Positions 23,401 through 36,731 of a stretch of DNA of 37,145 bases are shown here, in pieces. Within the stretch, counting starts at the first letter, position 1. Each line of letters begins with the position of its first letter. A model generated the notes under the pieces. It did no database searches and had not been told where the DNA came from. It saw only the letters and a list, made by a program, of their open reading frames with translations. The stretch is from Perkinsus chesapeaki ATCC PRA-425 (lineage: Eukaryota > Protista > Perkinsozoa), in the NCBI GenBank assembly GCA_013115145.1, contig JAAPAO010000351.1, positions 1-37,145 of the forward strand, written 5' to 3'. The translations under genes were made by a program, and so were the position numbers.

Positions 23401-24425
23401 GAATGTCATCAGCCGTCGTCTGCGGCCGTGGAGGTGTTAATTTTTGATCCCTACTGTGAACTTTGCACAGGGAATTGGCTTGAATTGATATTTAATGTCA
23501 ATGCTGTTATAAAGAATATAATGCCAGTATCCCTTACCCATGCATCATCGGCCGACACAGAGCCATCGACTATGTTGAGCCGTCCATAGCTAGGGCTCCA
23601 CGAGTTACCAACGCCGAGGTAAAGCTCGACCGATGTGATAGGCACACCCGAATGAAGCTTCGTCGAGGAAGTCGCTGAAAGACGGCCACTATTGTGACCG
23701 ACAATCCTTCCTGTTTTAACCTGGAGTCGTGGCGCCGTTGAGACGGATTTCCGCGTCGATTGCAAGCTGAGTGAAGCTGGACGTGACGACTGCGAGCCTC
23801 CGTAGCTGTGGTTTGTCGGTCTGTTAAGGACGGTAATTAGTAGAGATTGCACGCATGCGTTGTTACTGTTGTAGCGTTCTGCGGCGGTGGTGCTGCTGCA
23901 TTACAGGTGAAAAGGGTTATTATATGTAGAGGGAGCCGACTCCATTTCATATGGTACAAGAGGACGAACTGTTAATTACCAACAAGATAAGTGATGATGG
24001 TCTACGAGTTGAAGGGGTTATGTACAACCTCAATACATTAGTATTATGCCACTTTCTCATTACATTTATATATTATTTTCATGCCACTTTTTCATTACTT
24101 CTATATATTATTTTCATGCCACTTTTTCATTACTTCTATATATTATTTTCAGGCCACTTTCTCATTACATTTATATATTATTATTCACCATGGTTGTAAA
24201 GGTCATATAGAACTGGTCTCTTACTATTAAAGAGTTCAGCACATTCAACCTTACTCCATCTAGGCGATTCAGGTCGACTGTTGAGTACAACAGCAACCAC
24301 AACAGTCCAAGAAATCGCCAATGCAATCTTAGAGAGCCCCCACCCGACACGCCCATATGAACGCCTGTTTTCGGACGGTCATCTTGAGTTTTGTGGCGCG
24401 CGCCGTTTACATTGCATCTTGACAT
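8500..24425 (-). CDS. Very large multi-exon uncharacterised protein locus (probably one gene, possibly more); Cys-rich 'CYC' repeats toward the N-terminus, beta-strand-rich Ig-like repeats toward the C-terminus; probable surface or secreted protein
   Basis: A chain of minus-strand ORFs (23451, 20288, 18843, 16616, 16308, 15441, 13849, 13371, 13250, 12658, 11633, 11202, 9159) that I could join in frame across short introns in several places, e.g. ...SNKA|VLGK..., ...ILP|GLEKN..., ...LSTQ|DLVV.... Recurrent ICYCDSGC and LCYCG...C...GP motifs, and xxxPxGFxF strands. Hydrophobic segment LHWRFLGLLWLLLYS near 24300. The ends are uncertain. Confidence 0.6.
13489..13543 (-). other. 55-nt GC-AG intron containing a tRNA 3' half (sense): GCTGG TTCGACT CCTGG TGGGTGC G TTTTT AG
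   Basis: Splicing joins ORF 13371 (ILP-G) to ORF 13250 (GLEKNELY) in frame. Canonical T-arm/acceptor spacing, with the T-run serving as the polypyrimidine tract. Confidence 0.85.
15346..15388 (-). other. 43-nt intron containing a tRNA 3' end (sense): GCGGG TTCGATC CCCGG CGTCGAC A TTTT
   Basis: GTAAG...TTCAG; splicing gives AWSSNKA|VLGKTPLI in frame. Confidence 0.88.
20292..20343 (+). other. 52-nt intron of the minus-strand gene that is an antisense tRNA-Met-like fragment (D-loop end to T-arm)
   Basis: Plus strand TAGGTAAGCATGTCAGTCTCTCATCCCAAAGGCCGTGGGTTCGATCCTCAC parallels the typical elongator tRNA-Met pattern TAGGTAGCGCGTCAGTCTCATAATCTGAAGGTCGTGAGTTCGATCCTCAC (recalled). Removing it gives CNGDG|DYFKVG in frame. 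Confidence 0.85.
21170..21430. repeat. Degenerate AATTTT-tract cryptic repeat in a long intron
   Basis: Recurring AATTTTAC / AAATTT / ATTTTGC units about every 10-16 nt. Confidence 0.55.
22859..22914 (-). other. 56-nt intron containing a tRNA 3' end (sense): GCGGG TTCGAAT CTGGG ATGGGGC A TTTT
   Basis: CAG|GTCGG...ATAG|TCT; splicing gives DFTGANQ|SNACRL. Confidence 0.82.
24046..24185. repeat. 35-bp AT-rich minisatellite, 4 copies
   Basis: ATGCCACTTT(C/T)TCATTAC(A/T)T(T/C)TATATATTATTTTC at 24046, 24081, 24116 and 24151. Confidence 0.95.
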
Positions 24426-24925
24426 TTCTCAATGGCACGATCGATTTGGCGTCACGTCACGGCTCCCGTGTCCCCACAATTATCTATCAACTTGTAGGCT
24501 TATCTCTGTGCTTTGCTGTCATCAATCCACCTAATTCGATCAAACCTCTCTGTTGTGCTCCAAGCTAAGATACGCTCCTATTCACATACACCCTCAAGGA
24601 GGAGGAGAGCAATTCCATTTCTCCGTGAAAAGCGCACGCCCCAAGAGACGCATGATTGTTACTCCTGCACGTGAACGGCTTTCCATGTTTATTAAATAAA
24701 CGCGTGCAGTAAACTTTATTTCGGCTAATTCGACTTCGAAATAGGATTTGCCATGTGTGGATCCCGAACTAAGTTCGGTCAGTAGGTTATCGTTTTGGTG
24801 CAACCTCCACTATTTTTGAAACCGCTGGGTGCGAAGTTTGAAAAAATGTCATTAAAACTGAGTATGTTATAGAGCGCGTGAGATCGTTGAAAGGCATTAT
24901 GAAGAGGTCTGGCAGGCTGTTTAAA

Positions 24926-27346
<2,421 letters not shown>

Positions 27347-27711
27347 TTGGTGGAGGGAAAATCTTCACAGTGCGCAAAGATGCGCCTGTGTTGGAGTTTG
27401 TTATGTGATTGTTACCTGCAGTGACTTTGACCACTCGTACGGTCTTATTGATAGTGTAATTATGACACAAAATCTGTCCCCATCTACAGTTCGATTGAAA
27501 TAAGGTCTTCTCACCTGCCCGGTGCGTTGCGTTCCTTCCTGGGAGCTCCACGGTTGAGGGAACTAGGGTCAACTATGACGGCTACGGTGGCCGTGCCGTC
27601 ACCACTCGGAGCTGGGCAACCCTTACCGAGGTATCGAGAGACAGCATCCGGTGTTACGATCTCAGACAGGCAAAACCGAATAAGGCGAGGTAGCTGTGAA
27701 AGTTGAGGGAA

Positions 27712-30167
27712 ATGTGGTATGAAAAATCAGGAGTCACCAGACGGTTTCATGATGTTGATTATCTAGTGGAAGTGGAGATCGACGGTGACAATTTAAGCGC
27801 CTCCTGCGAAGACAGATTCGAGGGGACTCGGTAGGGCAGTACAGGAAGCCCTGGCGGCTGGAGTGCTGTCCCCATATAGGTGGGTGTCATCATTCTCCAG
27901 CCGATTTATCGAAGAGATAACCCACCGCACGGGCAACTTCAAATCGTTCGCGGTGTTCGTTCAAATGTTGTTCGACGCTCTGTTGGACTCGGATGAGCAG
28001 GCGGCAGTCAGTGACAGTAGCAGTACGGTTACGGTTGATATATTGACGTAATGCCCTCGCTGGGGATCGAACCAGGGTGGATTTATCTGGTTAGGGGCAG
28101 AGATCTCGAGCTGTTACGTCATCGAAATGGAGGAAGCTCAGCTGCAGCACAAATGACAGCATCGAGGAGTCCTCCTCCTCCTGATGGTGATGCCAAACGA
28201 TATCTTATATTAACGTACCAGGTAGTAGTAGGAAGGCTGGGCGGCTGGGCGGATCAGCTTAATTCGGTTTTCTTGAACTCATCGAGCGACCACTGAGATG
28301 CTGCTGGGAGCGCGATACTTCCTGTCCTGAGTGGAGCGCACATGGCCGATATAAGGCAGGAATGGCTACACCTCCTTAAATCCCTGTCAGTTGCTGTTAT
28401 TTAGTGACTTCTGGGTCATTCCTCATCTGGATGACCGGGATCAGATAGTAGTTTCCCCGTTTAGTTGTGGGCATTTATTGCGTTACCAAAGCGGCCTTTG
28501 GAACTCAACAAGCGGGCCGGTTCCGACGCTCTGGCCTTACCCTTCTGGGGTGTTCATAGATCTTAAGACTCGAATCGTTAAAGTGTGCAGGTCTCCTATG
28601 ATAGAGTGCACTATCCCTTGGCCTTGGCCCGACAGGAGCCAGGCTCGGATGTAGGGGCTTTATTACGGACGATAAAACGGCTAAGTCGGGAGCTGAAGGT
28701 GAAGCAATCTCGCGTGGGTTGCCGGAGGAAGGATTCAGGAAGCGTATCGAAGCGGGCGGTCCAACAGCAAGATGACGCGATCGGTAGACAGCGATTATGT
28801 CGCCGGAGATGCTCTGTTGAGGTGAGGCCGGCTCGTGTGGGGGGTAGGGTACGACTCGATCAGGCAAGGGCCTTCGAAGAAGCTTCTGGGACAACTAGAG
28901 GAAGAGAACGATAGACTAGCAAGACGGTGCGCGGAGCTGCAAGAGGAGCTTGAGAATCGTAGAGGTAGTAGCGGTGATGAGGGGTGATGGGATGGTAAGG
29001 TTAGGAGGACGGCATAGAGGAGATCATACAGCTGAGTTGAAGCGGGTGAAGGAGAATAATGCTAGATTGCAGGCGGAACTGAGGCAGATGAGAGAGACCA
29101 AATTGCGGCTCAGTCAAACGGTAATAAAGGGGGGGGCTAACTTGAGATTTGGGAGAAATGTGGTATGAAGATCCCATCAGGCAACCGTGGGCTCGGTAGA
29201 CGTGCAAGGAAAATATCTTGTTCAAAATGAATCTCGGTTGGTTGGGCCGTTCTAGTGGACTCCAGAGAGCGACTGACCGAATATTGGTGTAAAAACCGGG
29301 CGGAATTTTCCGAGCATGTCCGAAATTCCTTGTAGAATTTGCATGTAAAATCGAACGGCAATTTCTCACTGTTTTTTCTAACTAAATCGATATTGGTTCA
29401 TTTTCAGCATCGGGCTGAAGTAGATAAGCTAAGAAGAGAGCTCAACGCAGTTCGAGGCCAGGAACGGCAACTGAAATCCAAAGTAGGTGGGCAATGGAAT
29501 TAGCGCGCGCCATGGTGATCGATTCCAGGTTCGATCGCTCGAAAATGATCTACTGCGGCAAAGGAGCAGGGCCCCTAGTTCGGCAGGCTCGCTGCGTTCA
29601 GTGGGCAGCCGAGCAGCATCCCCGGTATCGCCTCGAACACATATGATGAATAGATCGTCTCGGGCCGCCAGTAGCAGTAATCGATCACCTTCTCCGACAA
29701 CCAGTAGGGGCCGTCGGCCTCAAAGTGCGGCGTTGCCGAGGCGGCCACCGAGCACAGCGTCATCTCGATCGAGAGGGAGCGTTGGTTCAGCTCCAGTTAG
29801 GTCTACACGGTCCCCCAGCCCTAGCAACTATGCATCGGGATACGTCAGTCCGTATGCCCAGAGACCATCACCAGCTTCAAGGCGGCCATCACCGTACAGA
29901 GGAAGCGAGTACAGACCGTCTCCAGTACGGAGAATGGATACGAGAGCGCCGTCACCAGTGCGAGGCCCGAGCCCTACGAGGCCTAGAAGAAGCGACAGCC
30001 CAGCGCCTCGGCCCACTCCGCCAGCTCCGCTGGTGAGGCCGGTGCCGCCGACGGTTCAGAAGGGAGTGGTGGCAACGGAGGGCATGAAAACAGCAGCCGA
30101 GGTGTCGGATATCGACGCCCGGTTGATGGCGCTGCAGAATTTCTTGAGAAATACGATGAAGCCGTGA
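27712..30167 (+). CDS. CCDC61: CCDC61/VFL3 (SAS-6-superfamily basal body/centriole protein), multi-exon
   Basis: FHDVDYLVEVEIDG...RWVSSFSSRFIEEITHRTGNFKSFAVFVQML...VDILT|GRDLELLR...KRYLILTYQ|VSYDRVHYPL, then a coiled coil, a Ser/Arg/Pro-rich tail and C-terminal DIDARLMALQNFL. All match CCDC61 hallmarks. Confidence 0.92.
28048..28094 (-). other. 47-nt CCDC61 intron with an antisense tRNA 3' end: CCTGG TTCGATC CCCAG CGAGGGC A
   Basis: GTAAT...TTAG; splicing gives VDILT|GRDLELLR, a conserved CCDC61 segment. Confidence 0.87.
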
Positions 30168-30317
30168 ATGTATTATATTGTATTATTATTCGTATAAAGT
30201 ATAATTCAGCACATGATGGTAGCAGAAGCGGTCTCAATGAAATGGGAATGGTTGAGTTTTTATATGGGGATAGCTAGAGGTGTCAGAAAATAGTTAGGGA
30301 AGATTTAAGCAATCATA

Positions 30318-31468
30318 ATGCAACCATCAATAAGAAACACCTTCTTAACATTCGATGATGAAGCTGCACGAGCTGCTGGATGTCAACGTAGACAGAAGAA
30401 GTCTCGAAGTCTGCCGGCCAAGAGCACCTGTGATCGGCAGAAATTGGCACTTACCTCGCTGCTTTACCGCGCTGGCAGCGGGCCGGCTAGGATGGAAGCT
30501 CCACAGGTTTGTCCACAGATCACTAGGATATAAGTGTGTTCGAGGGGTACTAGCTTGGTCCTAGTAAATTAGTAGTACTAATACTCTTCAACGCAGAGAT
30601 GCAGGTTACTTAGTACTGGATCGGCCAGTGACGTTTTTTGTGTGACAGAAAGGCGTCAACTAGGGATCGCTGCTAGTGGTAATGCTTTGTGGAACAGCAA
30701 TGAATGAATTGCTGCATTTCTAATGGAGAGGTCTTTCTGATTGAAGATGAAATCCCCAAATAGCCCCTTTCTAACTCTCCATTAATACGCAACCAATCTA
30801 AACCGGGCTCTGCGGTCATTTCGCTAGTGTTAAGGTTTCAGGTATCTTTAATAGACATCGCAGAAGCCGACGAGTCTGCACCAACGACCTCATCAATCTA
30901 TCGTCTCAATCCCCTAACGCTGTTGAAATCCGACTCCAACAGCACATGTTCGAATGTATTGAACAGGGAGCTGAGTCCGAGCCCGAAGGCAGCGCACTCA
31001 GTACATAAGAAAAAGGGCTGGCCATCCCACATCGACCTTGACCGTCTCAGCGAGGACCATCGAGACACGTTATTGGCAGCGATTCCACAGGACCCAATTT
31101 CGGACCAATTGCTTTCCTGTGGAAGCATCCCTCATATCTTAGGGGCCTGCCGCCCATGCGTTTTCGCGAGGAACTTCGACAGGCCTTGCCAGTACGGCGC
31201 AGCATGCCTGTATTGCCATTACCCCCACGAAGCAAAGAAGAGAACGAGGAAGACTAAGAAGCAAAGAGCCGAAGCGAAGCTGGCGGCGGCAGCTGCCGTC
31301 ATGGCCAAGTCCACTGGTGACGAGGATCTCTTCGAAGAGGACGCCTCCCCGATACCGAGCGAGAACACTGAGCAACATGATCCGGAGAATATTTATCGCG
31401 AGTTGATGGACCAAGTGATGCTGGTGTGCGCGCAGAACTTCGGCATTACTCCGAAAGCCAGTCAGTAG
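30318..31468 (+). CDS. Dinoflagellate-type C3H1-like zinc-finger protein with an N-terminal 'IRNTFL...SRSLP' motif; probably 2 or more exons
   Basis: MQPSIRNTFLTF...KSRSLP, followed by CGSIPHILGACRPCVFARNFDRPCQYGAACLYCHYPH and a basic segment. The link between the two ORFs is inferred. Confidence 0.65.
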
Positions 31469-31699
31469 GCTGCGCGCGGAGGAGCACGTGTTTGTCGTCC
31501 TGTTTATTTCCGTTCGAGACAGCACCGTTGAGATTTCTTTTCATTTTTGATAATATATATAATTGGCGCCTTTTTGGTTTATTCTACATGTTATCCTACT
31601 GATGATGTTGTCCACAAGTGGAGGTTTTGTGTTCAGTGTCCCCAATTCTATAATACCGCAGTTCAATGGTACTTTTATCGTGGTCGTCATCTCGACGGC

Positions 31700-34600
31700 G
31701 GTCACAGAGCTGCCCCTTCAACACTGTGCTTAATAACAGTGACATACATTTCATTTTAGCGGAGTATCTCACTTATACAGATTGTGTCGCTCTGCAAGGG
31801 ACTTGTACAGGATGGCAGCACGCTTTCCGAGGTAGGCCGCCGCCGTCGCGTCCTGTGTGCTCTGTGCTCTCTATCGGGTTTTAATGCACATCGCTTGTAC
31901 TACAGCATCTCTCGGTCATGTTCCCGACTGGCGCGCATCAAATTATCCGAGCAATACAACGTGTCTGCTACCTAGCCGTAAAATATTTTCTTGGAAGATC
32001 CCAAATAATTTCAATTTTGGAGCTTTCTCGTGGTGCTGTTTCGTTCCTTTTTGCCGCTAATCGAAGGGGAACTTGATATAGAGTTAAATGTGAACGATGA
32101 CCTCGTGTACCTTCTATGCGTAAATTAGTAGTTCCCCGCGCCTGCTTCACAGAAAGCATCTTTTTGCTGTGCCTCTTGAGGTTTATGGTGATTTATCTCG
32201 ATAACATAAGTTAAAAGTCAATAAGATACATGACATAGTAGCAGGAGGGATGGCAAAATAAGCCAATACAAAGCAGTTCGGTTAAGCAATTAAATCGAAT
32301 TAGTTGAGACATACGACCTGGCAGCAATGAACATCGAGTTTGAATCACTGCTCGCTCTGGAGGTCCGGCGAATTTCTTTGCGATGAAAAAAGTGTCTCGA
32401 CAAATACCCGTTCGATACATGCCATCCTCCATGTGACGGCGTCACACGACGCCGTATGGCCAGGAATTTGCCAAGGATCGTATTGGGTAGTGATTCAAGA
32501 AGCATGTGGTCTTTGTTGTTGTTGTCAGAGGAAGTCTGGCAGCTTTGGCGAAGAATCTTTTATTTCAACTACTGTTTTAAACTGGACACAACGCCGTCGC
32601 GGTCTACGGAAGGTGAATTGGTCATTGGCAGGCTAACGCTTCATTCATCGCGCTGGTTTTCCGATCGTTCTTCGCGCCACATCGGTAGTTCGCACCTATT
32701 TTTACATATTTGTTAAATCTTAATTGGCGGAATCGTCATTCTTAGTGTCGTGGATTTCGACCGGACCAGGGCTGGTCGAAGAGTTCCCGGTTGTTCGACT
32801 AGCAACCCCTACTGGAGAGCCAGGCTTCCCGGTGGATAGTCTCCGCCAGTTTTGTGAACGAAAACGCACGTGTTGATATGAGACAATACTCATGTTTAAT
32901 ATATCAGATTCTGCAGTGTGCGATGCTCGACCGTTCGGTGAGCAGGCCGTTGGGTGGAGCCTGCTTGTTCAAGACCATCACGATGATTTTATTTGGAGAG
33001 AGGGTGTTGTGGTCGAGTACAGCCCTATTCGGGACTGGTAAGTCTGGTGGGTTATTGAACATTCGAAAACCTAGCTCAATGCACCTGATATACAAATTTA
33101 ATGGGATGATTCTGTAATAGTTATCATAGACCTCCCTGCGTAGAAATAATAGAACTTATCGTATGTCTACTATAATATACGTATAATATACTATATATAA
33201 CTTACGTATCTTTAATATGGTACTGTATGTTCTATTAAAAAGGCGTATTATTTTATAGACTACTTCTCCAATGTCACTTCTTTGATCATGATATTTTGCC
33301 AATTGGGCAACTGCTAGCTACTCTAATATTAATACTAATTGGAATGTATAACTTACAGTATGATATTTATATTTGTCATCTTCTCGACAGATGGACTTGT
33401 GTCGTTTTCTGTCCCAGTTACAGAATTCTCTACTCTGACCCTGCGGTCCAGTCGATGACTCGGTTAGAGTCCCTCCAGGCCGGCTTGGATATGCATGAGA
33501 GGCCAGACGGCGAGGAGGAGTTCCCGCCGACCTTCTGGGAATCTGAGAGCCACACGAATGAATACCGCGTTCGTCGAGGGGGATACGTGAAGACGATGTC
33601 TCGGTTTAAGTGGATGAAGGCACCAAATGGGAGCGGCCATCGACCACCTGCTGTAACCAATGTTAACCGGTTCCCAATCAGCGGCGATAGTGCACTGGAG
33701 ATGCCACTCGGCGGCCTCAGCTGGAAGAGAGCTGTGGCGCAACTGTCTGCTGAGGTGAGAGATGCTTGGTTGTTGGCCATAAAGCTGCCGACGTGCCCCC
33801 GTCGGCAATTCCGTGGCGGCGGAAAAGCGAGTAGTTGTGTTGTATTCAGTCTGATTAGTCCGCTGTGTGTCGTGTGTGGACTCTAGGCGCCGCGTGGAAG
33901 AGTAGCACTATTCCCTTATGAAGAGATAGTCGATCGTCAAATTTGGTGGCCAAGCAGATGACACTCGACCTGTTATAACGAAACTGGGCCCAGGGGACGG
34001 GGATTTCTATCTCTTCCTCAGGTAACGAGTGAGCCGGTATTGACGATACGTGACCATGATGATGAGGTCCTTTATGCCGACTTTAGCCCTTGTGGCAAGT
34101 TCCTCGCCACCGCCAGTCGAGACGGGTCATGTGAGCAAAATACACAGCGCGGGGTTCGAACTCACGACCTCTTGTTTCCCAGGCAACGTGTATGCCCTGT
34201 TCGACCCATTGAGCGATTCCAAGGAAGAGTTCGACTTCGATCGCACTGTCTGCTATGACTTCTTGGATCTCTCCGAGTTCTCACCGGGGCTCCCGGATGT
34301 CATGGTTGATGCCTCCACGTGGCGTTGGGCATCCGATGCCAGCATCGCCACGCGCCTTCTCTGTAATTCTCCGTACCCGTTGGTTGCGGTATTCTCGATT
34401 AGGTAAACTGAACTGCGGATGGACGATCAGAGCGACCAGGCGCTCGCAGGCCGACGAGCCCGCAGACGCTGAGCGCGAGAAATTGTACCCCGGGAGAGTG
34501 ATGTGGGCGCCGGACTCCAGCTCCATCCTGGTCGCCTCCACCGGCCCTCTGTTCTGGGTCGACATGCGCTCTCTCATCGCTGGCCGAGGCCCTCCGAGAC

Positions 34601-36731
34601 TTATCACTAGTATCACCCAGGTGGGCAGCTTCAGTGGCCCAACGGAAGCCTTAAGGAGTTGCCGTTCAGACGCCCAGCGACGTATATGGTGGGTTCCTGT
34701 ACTACCCTCCAGAAGGTTCTAGTAACTTGCCGGAGGAAGACTTCGAGGGAAGAATCCCGCTGGACGATCGACTCTGTGTGCTATCATGTAACAGGCTTTG
34801 AGAAGTCGCGTGCATTTTGGGAAGACAAATAGCACTGCTACCTGTTTTGGTAGCGGTATTGAAAACAGAGGTTCACAGCAATGTGTTCATCGTGGGTCTG
34901 CCGTTTAAGCGCGAAATAATTTCCAGTTTCGGAAACCCTGTTGGAGCCATACGCCTGATAGAGCGCCAACCACGCAAGCCACTGTTGCCGTCGATGTATC
35001 ATAGAGAGTAAAAGTTTTCTTTATATATATGGAAGACGAATTGTCTGTGCTTCTTCAAGCTATATATGAACAAGCCATTGGTGCTCTCCGTTACTCTTTC
35101 CCTAGGTACACGCGTTATTCCAGTCATTGACCGCGATACAGGGGTATCCAGCCTTACCCAGCGCTTTGAAGTCCACGCCAGGCCGCCACCACCACCAGCA
35201 GCAGCACCGCCCTCGGAAGGCGGCGCGCGGTTTGCAGGCGCTGCTGCTTCAGCGGCGTTTGATATCAATCTTGGACATCAGGCTTTGATCAGAGCCATCT
35301 CCGGTAACACTTCCTGAAATAAAGGTCCTGATTATCTGTTTCTAATGTCTTACAAAGAGAGAGTTCTGAGAGTCTTCCCGTGTGCTACGACTACTATATA
35401 GTTACTATTTCTCTCTGGACTCGTAATGTGCCTAATGGCACGAGAAGTCTCCCTTTATCCTAACTAGTGCGCAGGCAGAGGATTCTCCTCTTCTTGTTGC
35501 CAACTAGTTGGGGCCCGAAGCTTTATACCGTTCGAAGGCTCTCATCTTCTTGGTCTACGAGAAAGGTCTAAAAAGTGGTCAGTGGGCCTTAGTGAGCGAA
35601 CACCCTCCATTACTAGTAGATTGGCTCCTTGAAATCTCTCACATCTGGAGGCAGATTACATATACAAGTGTTATTATTACATATCTTATAGCATCGCATC
35701 TAGGCGTGAATTCGAATCACATGCTACTTCATTCTCGCCTCAGTTGAGCCTCGTCAACAGCTTATGGTGGGCCTTAGCGGCGTCAAGCTAACCATGATGG
35801 ACCAAGTTGTCCTTGTGGATCTTCGTAACACAGTCACAGTCAGCCGACCTGTGCCGAAGAGTAAGCCGACCTGTGCTGCGTCGGTCCGGTACCTCCTCTC
35901 CCTCTAGGTCTTCGTTTCCCAATCCGACTGTCTTCGCCTCCAGTTCGTATAGTTGACTTCTCCCGTTTTGCGTGTAAGATTATCTTCTCTGAGTTACGCT
36001 GGTATCATGGTCCTCGTAGGCTGTTTGGCTTGCCGTTTCACACCTTCCGCTGAAGGCCTCCTCCTCAACTTGAGGAAGTTTGTGAACCACGCTCTCACCG
36101 ATAAGTTCTACGAGGATCCCTCGCCAGTGCCGGCCATCGCGCCTGATCTTGACGTCAATATGGAGGCTTTGCTGCTGCCTGTGGTTCCCGGTGAACCGGA
36201 GAAGCCTGCTCGAACTGACAGTGAGAACATTACTGTTATGAAAGGGCACCACGCCTACACTACTAAGAGCAGCCCTTTCATCATAATGCCTGACGGTAAG
36301 TATCCTGAATACCATCACCAGACTCACGAGGCTGCTTTGTCCGGTGGAAGTGATGCGTTTTACGTGCCTGATAGAGCTGAGTCATCGCCTTGTCCGTATC
36401 GCTCTCTTGTCCAGGTGTCCTGGGCTCACGCCAAGTTGTATCAAGCGGCGGTGAAGATGGTAACGTGTACACCTGGAGTCTTCTCGGCCGTCACAACAAC
36501 AGCAGCAGCAGCGGGACCGCCGCCCCTCTCGTATGTGCTGGTAGACTTGCTCATAGCGATACTGTAAATCTTGTTAACTACTGTCCCTCAAAGCATGGTG
36601 TAATGGCCAGCAGCTCCGACGATAATACTGTTGTCATTTGGCTCAGCCAGCAACGATCGTTCTACGCTGGAGTCAGTCGCCGTTGTTTATCAGTAGATAC
36701 TTGTGTACCCTTTTCAAATGTTTCTCCTTGA
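31700..36731 (+). CDS. FBXW5: FBXW5-like F-box/WD40 protein, multi-exon
   Basis: F-box-like LNNSDIHFILAEYLTYTDCVALQGTCTGWQ, then LWRRIFYFNY, DHDDEVLYADFSPCGKFLATASRDGSC|NVY, LNLRKF...PAIAPDLD, MKGHHAYT, VSSGGEDGNVYTW...RLAHSDTVNLVNYCP...MASSSDDNTVVIW. These are collinear with FBXW5 motifs. The start is uncertain, and inclusion of the 31.7-33.3 kb part is inferred. Confidence 0.75.
34131..34182 (-). other. 52-nt FBXW5-like intron with an antisense tRNA 3' end: AGGTC GTGAG TTCGAAC CCCGC GCTGTGT A TTTT
   Basis: GTGAG...CCAG; splicing gives ASRDGSC|NVYALF, completing a WD40 repeat. Confidence 0.88.

Noticed and set aside
23420-23470. TTTGATC CCTAC TGTGAAC as a further decayed tRNA end in an intron
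   Set aside because: Lacks G53 and TTCGA; too degenerate to separate from chance by eye.
27585-27600. ACCGTAGCC on the minus strand, like the start of the perkinsid/dinoflagellate spliced leader
   Set aside because: Only 9 nt match and the rest of the leader is absent.
27380-27710. Possible small gene between TDO and CCDC61
   Set aside because: Short open frames on both strands with no consistent exon chain or recognisable motif.
32405-32432. CCCGTTCGATACATGCCATCCTCCA resembling a tRNA-Ala 3' end
   Set aside because: One base off canonical spacing, no T-stem pairing, and reads as a plausible exon (RSIHAILHV).
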